Below are positions 7,912 through 16,940 of a DNA stretch of 33,401 nucleotides, one piece after another. The position numbers and the translations under genes are program-made. This DNA comes from a virus (taxonomy: Duplodnaviria > Heunggongvirae > Uroviricota > Caudoviricetes), in IMG/VR virus record IMGVR_UViG_2724679239_000006. One strand, given 5' to 3'. Each line of letters begins with the position of its first letter. Positions within the stretch are counted from its first letter, which is position 1. Below the pieces are notes generated by a model, which saw nothing but the letters and a program-made list of their open reading frames with translations, ran no database searches and was not told where the DNA came from.

Positions 7912-8871
7912 ATGAAAATTTGCATCGACGACGGCTCCACCAACATCAAGCTGGCATGGACTGAGAACGGCGAACGCCGCAACGCCATCAGCCCGAACAG
8001 CTTCAAGTCGGAATGGTCTGCGCCGTTCGGTGGCACGCAGCCCGCGAACTACATGCTTGATGGCGTGCGCTATGGTTTTGATCCGGTCAGCGATCGCTTT
8101 GTCCAGACGACCGACACGCAATACCAGTACAGCGATGTGAATGTCATTGCCATTCATCACGCGCTGGTCAAATCAGGTATCACACCACAGGAAGTGGACG
8201 TGGTTGTCACTCTGCCACTGAGCGAGTATTTCGATACAAACGCACAGCCGGACATGGCCAACATCAACCGCAAAAAAGCGAATGTCCTGCGCCCTGTGGA
8301 GTACCAGAACGGTGAAGCATTCACTATCCGCAACGTGCGGGTTATGCCTGAATCCATTCCGGCTGGCTTTAAGGCACTGGCTGACATGAGTCCGTTTGAA
8401 TCTCTGCTGATTGTGGATTTAGGCGGAACAACGCTGGATGTGGCAAAGGTTCAGGGGCAACTGGCAGGCATCAGCCAGGTATTTTGCGATCCACATGTGG
8501 GCGTTTCCCTGATGACCGATGCCGTGTTGTCGGTGATGGCCGCCAACGGCATGCGTACCAGTCACCACGTCGCCAGTACCGTTATTGAACATCGTCACGA
8601 TGAAGCCTGGCTGCGCCGGCACATCCACAATGACGCGCATTACAACAGCCTGATGGCAGTTATTCGTGAAAAGGAGGAGACACTAAAACAACGCGTGATC
8701 CGCGCACTCGCGGGCTTTTCGGGTTACGGGCGGGTGCTGGTTGTCGGTGGAGGAGCGGAGATTGTGGCACCCGCAGTCCATGAAGTCTATGGAGTCAATG
8801 CGAATTTCATCACAGACGGGGTGCCACAGTTTGCTCTGGTTAACGGTCTGTACGCTATGGATAAGGAGTAA
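7912..8871 (+). CDS. parM: Actin-like segregation ATPase ParM/StbA
   Basis: 319 aa; N-terminus MKICIDDGSTNIKLAW and colinear conserved blocks (YSDVNVIAIHHAL, VMPESIPAG, LIVDLGGTTLD, VVGGGAE, LVNGLY) match plasmid R1 ParM as remembered. Confidence 0.85.
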   Translation: MKICIDDGSTNIKLAWTENGERRNAISPNSFKSEWSAPFGGTQPANYMLDGVRYGFDPVSDRFVQTTDTQYQYSDVNVIAIHHALVKSGITPQEVDVVVTLPLSEYFDTNAQPDMANINRKKANVLRPVEYQNGEAFTIRNVRVMPESIPAGFKALADMSPFESLLIVDLGGTTLDVAKVQGQLAGISQVFCDPHVGVSLMTDAVLSVMAANGMRTSHHVASTVIEHRHDEAWLRRHIHNDAHYNSLMAVIREKEETLKQRVIRALAGFSGYGRVLVVGGGAEIVAPAVHEVYGVNANFITDGVPQFALVNGLYAMDKE

Positions 8872-8877
8872 CCCTCC

Positions 8878-9189
8878 ATGGCGACATTAACCAGAAGAAT
8901 AAGTTTCTATCTGAAGCCAGCCGCCGTCAAGAACGAAGGCAAAGCATGCGACTGGCTGGACAGCCTTACACCAGAAGCCCGCAAAAGCGGCCAACGCGTG
9001 GCTTTTCTGGCCGGGCTGGCACTTCTGAAAATGAATCCGGCAGAGGCTTACCGACTGTCTGCATGGGCTGATGATGAGGCGTTATCAGTGACACAAACCA
9101 GGGCAGAACGCCACATGTTACAGCCAGCGCCCACCGCACAGATAACCAGTCAGATAGCCGGAAATATCCGGGCGTTATTTCCCGAATAA
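8878..9189 (+). CDS. parR: ParR-like centromere-binding adaptor (RHH)
   Basis: 103 aa directly downstream of parM; RRISFYLKPAAV...CDWLDSLTPEARKSGQRVAFLAGLAL parallels the R1 ParR N-terminal region. Confidence 0.7.
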   Translation: MATLTRRISFYLKPAAVKNEGKACDWLDSLTPEARKSGQRVAFLAGLALLKMNPAEAYRLSAWADDEALSVTQTRAERHMLQPAPTAQITSQIAGNIRALFPE

Positions 9190-9240
9190 CACAACATCAG
9201 GGCGCTGGCCAGTAGGGGCAAGGCTATAAATAGATGAGCA

Positions 9241-9263
9241 AAACGCCCTCCTCCAGGGCGTTT
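9241..9263 (+). terminator. Rho-independent terminator downstream of parR
   Basis: 9-bp stem AAACGCCCT/AGGGCGTTT with 5-nt loop followed by a T-rich tract. Confidence 0.5.
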
Positions 9264-9270
9264 ATTTCAA

Positions 9271-9300
9271 TGCACAATAGTGCACAAATTTGCACAATTT
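9271..9300. repeat. Three tandem 10-bp iterons TGCACAAWWW
   Basis: TGCACAATAG TGCACAAATT TGCACAATTT in helical phase; a fourth GTGCACAAA near 9362 and a GGATCCGT direct repeat at about 9341..9360. Confidence 0.4.
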
Positions 9301-9552
9301 TTTTGAACGACTTTTTACCCTTCCGGCCCGCGTGGTGGCTGGATCCGTCAAGGATCCGTGCGTGCACAAAAAAACGCGTTTTTTCTGCGCGCAGGTGACG
9401 GGGGAACAGCCCGCGTTTCAGGGGGTAAATAGCATTCCCCGAGCGATGTCGCAGCGACACAACAGAATGGCTGTATTTCTCACGCTGAGCGTGAAAAAGA
9501 CGTAAGGGTTTTTGATTTGATGGGTTGAAAGGTAAGGCCGTCAAAATCGCAC

Positions 9553-9575
9553 TGAGGCGGCGAGAACATACAGTC
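9553..9575. other. Candidate cos (cohesive end) site
   Basis: GAGGCGGCGAGAACA resembles the remembered P2 cohesive-end sequence GGCGAGGCGGGGAAAGCAC (12 of 15 positions) and lies about 150 bp beyond the portal gene 3' end, as in P2. Confidence 0.25.
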
Positions 9576-9671
9576 AACGCGGTGGGATTGCGTAAGAGTC
9601 TGACCGTCGATGGTGGCGATAAACTGGAAGGCGTCGTGAAATTATCTGACTGATACAGGAGCTGGAGAGTC

Positions 9672-9694
9672 GGGGCATAAATTTTTTATGCCCC
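9672..9694. terminator. Strong hairpin terminator between the cos region and the portal gene 3' end
   Basis: 10-bp stem GGGGCATAAA/TTTATGCCCC with 3-nt loop, A/T tracts on both sides. Confidence 0.5.
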
Positions 9695-9721
9695 GGCGAA
9701 GCAGCAGACAAGCGAAGCGCG

Positions 9722-10768
9722 TCAGGCTGTGGGCTGGGTGTCTAACAGTGCGTAAGGGTTAAAGCGGATCACCTCTTCGCCCAGCCAGTCATTGATGTGC
9801 TTCATGGCCTCCATGACGGGCATCAGCTCGTTAATTGCGTAAACCCGCGCGGCCTTCTCCACATCACCAAACGCACTTTTTTCACCCGGCATCGCCCCCA
9901 TCAGTTGCGGCGGAACGCGGTGCGCAGCCAGCACATCATCACGGGATGCCGCCTTAACATTCATGAACTCATCCTTTGCGGTGATCTGCTGGAACGGCAA
10001 AATTTGCCCCCCCTCTTTGCCCCCGTTGGGCGCATGAATGAGCACGTTTTTAAACGCACCACCACCACGTGCACCCTGTAGCGTTTCTTTCAGGGAGTCC
10101 ATGCTTTCGCGGTTTACCTGCGCTGCACCGATGTAGATGATGCACCCGGCGTGGGATCCGTTGTCGTAATACAGTTTTCTGAACATGTCCGCCGAATGAG
10201 ACAGGCTGGCCGAGAGTAATGCGCCGAGATATTCCGGCATGCCGTAGATTTCCTGGTTAATGTCAGGATTCATCAGGTGGCACACTTTACCAGGGCGAAA
10301 CTGAAACGCGTCCTTACCATCCTGCACATACCACCATGATTCAAGATCGCTTCCGCGTCGCATGTATTTCGCCAGGGCGTGCCGTAATTTAAGCGGTTCG
10401 CCGAGCATATTGCTTCGAAGCTCAAGGAATGCGTTACCGAACACAAACCAGTCCAGCGCCAGCGCCGAGAAATCCTGCCGGGAAAGCAACGGGTGCGGGA
10501 TGTAGCAACCGAGTAATACATTGCGCTTAAAGTAAAGCGCAGACTGATGCCAGGACGTTTGCCGGGCAGCTCTTGCCAGACCGTACCAGTCCACCGGGGT
10601 TTCATACCACCGCCCGTTATCAGCACAGTACATATTGTCCAGCAGGTCATGCCCAGTCAGGCGATAAGGACCATCAAATGTGAATGCACTGAGCGACGAT
10701 TCTTTCCTGAGCACATCAGCGAGATCAATGCGTGAACTCATGCGCACTTTTTTATTTTTTCTGCTCAT
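9722..10768 (-). CDS. Q: Portal protein (gpQ)
   Basis: 348 aa; position, size and orientation match P2 Q; ATGA overlap with the terminase gene stop. Confidence 0.9.
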   Translation of the reverse strand: MSRKNKKVRMSSRIDLADVLRKESSLSAFTFDGPYRLTGHDLLDNMYCADNGRWYETPVDWYGLARAARQTSWHQSALYFKRNVLLGCYIPHPLLSRQDFSALALDWFVFGNAFLELRSNMLGEPLKLRHALAKYMRRGSDLESWWYVQDGKDAFQFRPGKVCHLMNPDINQEIYGMPEYLGALLSASLSHSADMFRKLYYDNGSHAGCIIYIGAAQVNRESMDSLKETLQGARGGGAFKNVLIHAPNGGKEGGQILPFQQITAKDEFMNVKAASRDDVLAAHRVPPQLMGAMPGEKSAFGDVEKAARVYAINELMPVMEAMKHINDWLGEEVIRFNPYALLDTQPTA

Positions 10769-12519
10769 CAGAACTCCATAACCGTGAAACGCTCGTTTTC
10801 TCCTTCGCCGCCAATCGGTTCGTTAATGACTGCAAGCATGGTTGCCCACGCAAGGTCGCCGTGGCTGATCCCCCTAGCACGGTCCGTTTCGTAAGTAATG
10901 AAACCACCCGCCGTTTTTACCTTACGCACGGCGTTAAAGGCCGCAACCAGCTCACGTTCAGCGCGATCGTATTCCCACCGTCCGGCACGCATTATTTGCA
11001 GCATTTTCAGTACCAGCGACCGTTTTGATGACAGCGTGAAGGTGTACGGGATAGCCGCAGGGAAAAACCGTTTCACTATCTGATAAACAGCCTCCCCGTT
11101 CCCGCCCGTCACATCAATGCCGATGTGTTCCACGTTGTAGCGATACGTGAACTCTTCAATGACTCTGGCCTGTTCTTCAAATTCCAGCCCCTGAACGCGT
11201 CGCGTCTCCACCGTTCGAAAACGGCCACCAGGAACAGCCGGAGGAACCACCACGGACACAGCGCCGCTGTCGCCGTTGCCACTGCTGCCGTTTGCGTCAT
11301 ACCCAATCCATACCGGGCGATTCCCCATCGGGCGGGGAGCAAAAGGTTTCCAGTCTTTCCAGTCGTCGTATCCGTCAACACCGCAGCCAATCAGGATATT
11401 CAGGTTAAATGCCGATTCCCCTTCGCGAACAAATTCACACATATAGAGATTGCGGAACTCGTCTTCAGTGTTATTGCGTCGGATTTTGTCAATGCTGGTT
11501 AACGTCCATCCCTGATTGACCACATCTTCCAGCGTCACAATTTGCCGCCAGATGTAGTCAGGGCAGATAAGGCCGTTATGAAGTGCATTCCAGCTCACAT
11601 CAAAATGCTGACGTTTATGAGCACGAAGCCCTTCATTCCAGCGATCACCATTCCAGTATGCATACGCCTCATGTGTTTCACTTGATGGCGTGGAAAAATA
11701 GGTACACCGCAAACCATCCAGCGTTGCCATAGCAGCGGCCACCTTGCGCAGCTCTGTGAAACGCCCCGTCCAGAAAAACTCATCAAAATACAGATTCCCC
11801 GTGTACGATTGCGCGGTGGCCGCAGAAGTGCCGAGAAAATGCATCTCTGCGCCGTTGGAGAGGATAATTTTATCGCCCCCTTTCAGCTCCACATCAACTT
11901 CAGATGCAGCCTTCTGAATGATGTTTTTAAACTGGAACGCCTGACGACGCGACGCTGACAAAAAAATCTGGTTACGCTGGTAAGGTTGTGCCACATCGTC
12001 ACGTAACGCCATCAGCAGTGCTTCCTGTGCAAAATACCAGGTCGCCCCAATCTGTCGGGATTTCAGAATCATCCTGTCAGTAACTCCGGCACGCTCACAG
12101 GCACCGATAGCCTCAAACCATTTGCGCTGATGTCCGGCCAGCCTGCTGGTAATTTTTTCCCGCAGTGCGGCAATCTGTTCCGGCGTGAAATGATTTTTAA
12201 GTTTTTTCGCCCGGCCTTTCTTTCCTGTGGCCTTCGCATCCGGCTGGCCATCATGCAGTTTTTTAAGCTGCCGGGTCAGCAGGTCTATTTCCTTGAAGTC
12301 ACCACCTGTTTTATTCTGTTTTTCAGTAAGCTGGATAAGGCGCGCATCGATGGACTGCGTGACACGCTGCACGGGTGGCGTTTCATCCCACTGGTCGCGT
12401 TTTTTCCACGCATAAATCGTGTTCGGGTTTATTCCCATCAGACGTGATATTTCTGCGGGCGGGTAACCCTGCCAGTAAAGTTGTCGCGCACGCTGGCGCA
12501 CAAAAGCGTCCTGAATCAT
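10768..12519 (-). CDS. P: Terminase large (ATPase) subunit (gpP)
   Basis: 583 aa; divergent from the scaffold gene as in the P2 P/O arrangement. Confidence 0.9.
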   Translation of the reverse strand: MIQDAFVRQRARQLYWQGYPPAEISRLMGINPNTIYAWKKRDQWDETPPVQRVTQSIDARLIQLTEKQNKTGGDFKEIDLLTRQLKKLHDGQPDAKATGKKGRAKKLKNHFTPEQIAALREKITSRLAGHQRKWFEAIGACERAGVTDRMILKSRQIGATWYFAQEALLMALRDDVAQPYQRNQIFLSASRRQAFQFKNIIQKAASEVDVELKGGDKIILSNGAEMHFLGTSAATAQSYTGNLYFDEFFWTGRFTELRKVAAAMATLDGLRCTYFSTPSSETHEAYAYWNGDRWNEGLRAHKRQHFDVSWNALHNGLICPDYIWRQIVTLEDVVNQGWTLTSIDKIRRNNTEDEFRNLYMCEFVREGESAFNLNILIGCGVDGYDDWKDWKPFAPRPMGNRPVWIGYDANGSSGNGDSGAVSVVVPPAVPGGRFRTVETRRVQGLEFEEQARVIEEFTYRYNVEHIGIDVTGGNGEAVYQIVKRFFPAAIPYTFTLSSKRSLVLKMLQIMRAGRWEYDRAERELVAAFNAVRKVKTAGGFITYETDRARGISHGDLAWATMLAVINEPIGGEGENERFTVMEF

Positions 12520-12673
12520 TGCTCCCCCTGAGTAATTACAGGAAGATTACCCGCGCGCGAAACCGTTCTCCTTAACCCCCTGTTCTGGCCGTTTTCTTAC
12601 AACAAAAGCCCTTTGTATCAGCCTGTTACGCTTTGCCATCATGACTGAAGGACCAGTCAGAGGGGCAAAAACT
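12520..12673. promoter_or_regulatory. Divergent late promoter region (P-Q leftward, O-N-M-L rightward)
   Basis: Intergenic interval between divergent P and O genes, equivalent to the P2 PP/PO region; no clean TGT-N12-ACA Ogr site identified. Confidence 0.35.
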
Positions 12674-13510
12674 ATGGCTAATGAAAAATCAACAACCCGC
12701 AAAAAGTTTCGCGTGGCTGTCTCCGGTGTAACGGCAGACGGGCGCGAAATCAACGGCGACATGCTGAAAGCTGCCGCCACCAGTTATAACCCGTCCGTTT
12801 ATGGTGCACGTGTGAATATTGAGCACATCCTGTCACCACTCCCCGGTAGCGAGTTTTCCGCTATGGGCGATGTTGTGGGGTTGAGCACCGAAGACATAAC
12901 CGATGGCCCGCTGGCAGGTCGCACGGCACTGTATGCCGAAATTGAGCCGACCGCTCGCATGATGTCCCTGCTTAACGATGGTAAAAAAATTTACTCCAGT
13001 ATTGAGCTGGAGCCACAGTCAACCATCACGGGAGGCCCTTACCTGCGCGGGCTGGCAATGACCGACACCCCCGCCAGCCTGGGCACGGAACGTCTGGCCT
13101 TTGCGGCACAACAACGTATGCAACTGATGACATTCAACTGTCAGCAGGGAGACGTGGCGATGTTTACCGCCGCTATGGAGTCAGAACTTATCGAACTCAC
13201 CGAACAACGTCAGGAAGAAGGTACCCAGTGGTTTAACCGCGTTATGGGGATTATTGGCCGTGGCCGCAAAGCGGATGACGCCAGTTTCTCCCGTATTCAG
13301 GAAGCGGTGGAAGGTGTCGCAACGTCACAGGCCGACATTATCGACCGTTTTAATGTGCTGGAAACCCGCCATCAGCAGGACAGCCAGAAAATCACTTTAC
13401 TGACCACAGAGCTGGCAGCACTGAAGGAAAAACTGCGCACGCAGGACGGCGATCCGCAGAACCGGTTCACCGCAACGGGCGCAGCCTCCGACCAGCTGGC
13501 TGACTTCTGA
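12674..13510 (+). CDS. O: Capsid scaffolding protein (gpO)
   Basis: ATG at 12674 (MANEKSTT...) with RBS GAGGGG; about 278 aa; position before the major capsid gene. Confidence 0.85.
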   Translation: MANEKSTTRKKFRVAVSGVTADGREINGDMLKAAATSYNPSVYGARVNIEHILSPLPGSEFSAMGDVVGLSTEDITDGPLAGRTALYAEIEPTARMMSLLNDGKKIYSSIELEPQSTITGGPYLRGLAMTDTPASLGTERLAFAAQQRMQLMTFNCQQGDVAMFTAAMESELIELTEQRQEEGTQWFNRVMGIIGRGRKADDASFSRIQEAVEGVATSQADIIDRFNVLETRHQQDSQKITLLTTELAALKEKLRTQDGDPQNRFTATGAASDQLADF

Positions 13511-13533
13511 TAAGACAAAGGAGCAAATTTTTT

Positions 13534-14586
13534 ATGAATCTGGTGATGTCAGATATTACCCGCAACAAGCTGGGTTGCTATATGGCGCAGCAGGCGTCGC
13601 TTAATAATATCCCGGTTTCCGCACTGGTATCGCGATTTACCGTAGACCCCTCGGTGCAGCAGCGTTTTGAAAACGCCTCAAAGGAAAGCACCGAATTTAC
13701 AAAAAGAATTAACGTGATCGGAGTGACCGACCAGAAAGGCGAAAAAATCCTCCTGGACACCACCGGGCCAATTGCACGCACGAATACCAGTTATGACGGC
13801 ACAAAACGCCGTAACCCGAATAACGTGGTTGATCTGAAAAACCGCAAATACCAGTGCGAACAGGTGAACTACGACACGTTTATTTCATATCCGCAGCTTG
13901 ATGCCTGGGCGGCACACACTGATTTTCAGTCCCGCATCAGCGCACAGATTGCCCGGCAGGTGGCACTTGACCGCATCATGATCGGTTTCAACGGCACGTC
14001 TCACGCGGATGAGTCCAACTTCAGCACCAACCAGCTGCTTCAGGACGTTAACGTGGGCTGGCTGGAGCACATCAGAACCGACGCCAGCGAGCGCGTTATG
14101 AATGACGTGACGCTGACCTCCCGCAACATGGACAACACCGTGGCGCACGCGGGTAAGTATGCGAACGCTGATGCACTGGTACAGGACGCACGCTCATCCC
14201 TGCTGGATGAATGGCACAAGGAAGCTGACGACCTTGTGGTGATTATGGGGCGCAACCTGTTTAACTCGCTGCGTCTGCCCGTACTGAACAGTATCAGCGG
14301 CCAGAATCCCAATGCGGAATTACTTGCCGGGCAGCTCATTCTGTCATCGCGCACCATTGGCGGGCTGGGCGTGTTCCTTGCGCCGTTCTTCCCGGATTCA
14401 ACGATGCTGATCACCTCGTTCAACAACCTGTCGATTTACTGGCAGAAAGGTTCAATGCGTCGTCTGATGAAAGACGAACCGGAATACAACCGCATCGCCA
14501 CCTACCAGTCCATCAATGACGCTTATGTCGTTGAAGACTATGGCAAGTGCGCGATGGTCACTGGCCTGAAGTTCGCCGACAGCTAA
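13534..14586 (+). CDS. N: Major capsid protein (gpN)
   Basis: 350 aa; blocks FTVDPSV, DLVVIMGR and VVEDY match the P2 N protein pattern; RBS AAAGGAG. Confidence 0.9.
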   Translation: MNLVMSDITRNKLGCYMAQQASLNNIPVSALVSRFTVDPSVQQRFENASKESTEFTKRINVIGVTDQKGEKILLDTTGPIARTNTSYDGTKRRNPNNVVDLKNRKYQCEQVNYDTFISYPQLDAWAAHTDFQSRISAQIARQVALDRIMIGFNGTSHADESNFSTNQLLQDVNVGWLEHIRTDASERVMNDVTLTSRNMDNTVAHAGKYANADALVQDARSSLLDEWHKEADDLVVIMGRNLFNSLRLPVLNSISGQNPNAELLAGQLILSSRTIGGLGVFLAPFFPDSTMLITSFNNLSIYWQKGSMRRLMKDEPEYNRIATYQSINDAYVVEDYGKCAMVTGLKFADS

Positions 14587-14595
14587 TCAACTCAC

Positions 14596-14614
14596 GGCGG
14601 GCATCATGCCCGCC
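14596..14614 (+). other. Stem-loop immediately downstream of the major capsid gene
   Basis: 8-bp GC-rich stem GGCGGGCA/TGCCCGCC with 3-nt loop, no U-tract; possible mRNA stabiliser or attenuator. Confidence 0.35.
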
Positions 14615-14631
14615 TGTAACGGAGAGAAAAA

Positions 14632-15429
14632 ATGATTACTCCTGCACAGCAACACTGGCAGAACGTGATGGCACAGCGCGCAGGCCGGGCGAATGAAGGC
14701 GTGGACCACGCCGCGCGTACCGCGCATGAAGAGGTGCTGTATCGTCTGCGTCTGGCACAGGCCCGGCTTAAGGGCGTACAGGCCAGAAGCGCGAAAGCCG
14801 CCATCAAAAAAGAGTTGTTACCGGACTTTTCCGGCTGGATTGAGGGAACGCTGGAGGCTGACGGCGGGCAGCAGGATGAAGTGATTGCCACGCTGATGGT
14901 GTGGGCGATTGACTGCGGCGATCTTCCGCTTGCGCTGCGTATTGGTGCGTATGTGGTCCGTCACAACCTCATCATGCCGGATAACTTTGGCCGTACTGCT
15001 GCCACAGTGCTGACCGAAGAAATCTGCAACCCGGTATTGACGCAGGCCGGGACGGATGCCGACGCGGATTTGTCCACCTTTATCGAACCACTGGACACAC
15101 TTTGGGAAATTGTCGCCAACCAGGATATGCCGGACGAAGTGCGCGCCAAATTATGCAAGGCGTGCGCCTTTGCCCGCCGTGGCCTGAGCGATGCGGACAG
15201 CATGGCCTCATCACTGAAGCTGCTGCGCGAAGCGATGCACCTGAACCCGAACGCAGGTGTGAAACGCGAGATTGCAACCCTTTCCCGCGCCCTGAAAAAA
15301 GCCGATTCCGCAGCCGCACCAGTTGCCAGCGCACAGCAGGCGCAGGACGAAAGCAGCAAAAGTAAAAAGACAACGCGGAAGCCTGCAACACGAAAAACCA
15401 CCGCGACGCAGAAGGCGAAGCGCGGTTAA
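14632..15429 (+). CDS. M: Terminase small/endonuclease subunit (gpM)
   Basis: 265 aa; position after N; RBS GGAGAG. Confidence 0.85.
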   Translation: MITPAQQHWQNVMAQRAGRANEGVDHAARTAHEEVLYRLRLAQARLKGVQARSAKAAIKKELLPDFSGWIEGTLEADGGQQDEVIATLMVWAIDCGDLPLALRIGAYVVRHNLIMPDNFGRTAATVLTEEICNPVLTQAGTDADADLSTFIEPLDTLWEIVANQDMPDEVRAKLCKACAFARRGLSDADSMASSLKLLREAMHLNPNAGVKREIATLSRALKKADSAAAPVASAQQAQDESSKSKKTTRKPATRKTTATQKAKRG

Positions 15430-15530
15430 CGACTGACCCCGTCAGCGGGCGGCGTGCGCGGTGTTCCGGTTTGACTCCGTGACCGTTTACACCACGCACC
15501 CACCGCCCGATTTTTTCAGGAGTGAACCCC

Positions 15531-16025
15531 ATGAGTATGGTTGCCAGAACCGAAACCCGCCCCGCAGAGGATGACATCACTGATACCGATGATGGCGATA
15601 CCCGTATTTCTGCGGGGGCATTCTGGCCGGATATTGTGCTGCGTGAGCTGCGTCTGGCGGTACGACTGCCGGGCCGCGTGACCACCTCCCGCCTGCTGCA
15701 TACCGCCACCGGGGCGGTGGCCCACGTTACCCGTGAGCTGGAAGCGTGGCAGCAGGAACAGCAGGCAGCCGGACACGAAACACTGGCCGATGTCCCGGCG
15801 CCATTAATTAACGGAGAAAGCGTCAATCTCTGGCACTGGCGCAATGCGGTTTATACCGCCACCCGTGCCCTGATTCTGGAGCGTTACCGCGATGCGGACA
15901 CAACGGATAAGGGCGAGCGCCGGGCAGATGCACTGGACGCACAGGCTGCGGACCTGTGGCGCGATGTGAGCTGGGCCATCTCTGACATTCTGGGAAGACC
16001 ACGAATGTTTGCGGAGCTGTGCTGA
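15531..16025 (+). CDS. L: Head completion/stabilisation protein (gpL)
   Basis: ATG at 15531 with RBS AGGAG; 164 aa. Confidence 0.85.
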   Translation: MSMVARTETRPAEDDITDTDDGDTRISAGAFWPDIVLRELRLAVRLPGRVTTSRLLHTATGAVAHVTRELEAWQQEQQAAGHETLADVPAPLINGESVNLWHWRNAVYTATRALILERYRDADTTDKGERRADALDAQAADLWRDVSWAISDILGRPRMFAELC

Positions 16026-16225
16026 TGAAAGTGAAGGCACTGGCAGGCGACACCGTGGATTCGCTCTGTTTCCGCTACTACGGCATGACGCAGGGCGTCA
16101 CCGAAAAGGTGCTGGATGCCAACCCAGGACTCTGTCAGCAGGTATTTCTGAACGCCGGGCAGGAAGTGGAGATGCCGGAGCCGGAGAAGAAGAAACGAGA
16201 AATGATTCAGTTGTGGGGAGAGTAG
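16025..16225 (+). CDS. X: Tail protein X (gpX)
   Basis: 66 aa; YYGMTQGVTEKVLDANPGL resembles the P2 gpX pattern; start overlaps the L stop. Confidence 0.8.
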   Translation: MKVKALAGDTVDSLCFRYYGMTQGVTEKVLDANPGLCQQVFLNAGQEVEMPEPEKKKREMIQLWGE

Positions 16226-16227
16226 CG

Positions 16228-16551
16228 GTGAGCACCATTCAAACAGGGATCACAGAGCAGGTTATTGCGTGGCTCCTTGACCACCTGCCAACGGTGTATG
16301 CAGTAGGCGCGGCGGTCAGCATTTCCGCGCTGATGAGTCTTTATGACGGACGAACACTGGTTCAGACCGTAACGGGATCGCTGGCGTGCGGCGTTCTTGC
16401 CATGGCCGTGGCCGGGTCGTTGCGCTTCTTCGGTTTTCCTGAAGATGCCGTGACGTTTATCGGCGCATCAATCGGTTTTATGGGGGCAGAAAAAGCACGC
16501 GACAAGGTTATTGCGGCCTTTAATCGCAGGGTGAAGGAGAAGGACGAATGA
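16228..16551 (+). CDS. Holin
   Basis: GTG start after the X stop; about 107 aa with three hydrophobic segments; located upstream of the endolysin. Confidence 0.55.
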   Translation: MSTIQTGITEQVIAWLLDHLPTVYAVGAAVSISALMSLYDGRTLVQTVTGSLACGVLAMAVAGSLRFFGFPEDAVTFIGASIGFMGAEKARDKVIAAFNRRVKEKDE

Positions 16552-16940
16552 GCAACACATTTAAATTCAGCAGCCGGAGCGAAAAGAATTTGCAGGGCGT
16601 AAATCCTGATCTGGTGAAAGTGACCCGACGGGCACTGGAAATCTCGGAAGTGGATTTTGGTATCACCGAAGGGTTGCGCAGCCGTTACCGCCAGAAGCAA
16701 CTGGTGGCCACGGGTAAGAGCCAGACCATGAACAGCCGCCACCTTACGGGGCATGCCGTGGATGTTGTGGCTTATATCGGCAGCCAGGTGTCATGGGAAT
16801 GGCCGCTGTACGAAAAAATCGCAGCAGCATTCAGACAGGCCAGCCGGGAACTGAATATTCCGGTGGAATGGGGCGGCGACTGGAAGACCCTGAAAGACGG
16901 ACCACATTTTCAGTTACCACACGGAGCCTATCCGGCATGA
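16548..16940 (+). CDS. Endolysin, zinc peptidase M15 family
   Basis: 130 aa; SRHLTGHAVDVV and WGGDWKTLKDGPHFQL are characteristic of M15/VanY-type peptidoglycan peptidases; ATGA overlap with the holin. Confidence 0.7.
   Translation: MSNTFKFSSRSEKNLQGVNPDLVKVTRRALEISEVDFGITEGLRSRYRQKQLVATGKSQTMNSRHLTGHAVDVVAYIGSQVSWEWPLYEKIAAAFRQASRELNIPVEWGGDWKTLKDGPHFQLPHGAYPA

Noticed and set aside
9224-9577. 117-aa minus-strand ORF in the parR-to-portal intergenic region
   Set aside because: Spans iterons, hairpins and the candidate cos site; no RBS; region is better explained as non-coding regulatory/packaging DNA
12520-12673. Ogr-binding TGT-N12-ACA dyads in the late promoter regions (also 31501..31657)
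   Set aside because: Only imperfect or mis-spaced matches (TGT-N15-ACA, ACA-N12-TGT) were found by eye; not convincing without a position-weight search
14961-15844. Minus-strand ORFs up to 254 aa antisense to the small terminase and head completion genes
   Set aside because: Antisense to two syntenic, well-supported structural genes; composition-driven open frames
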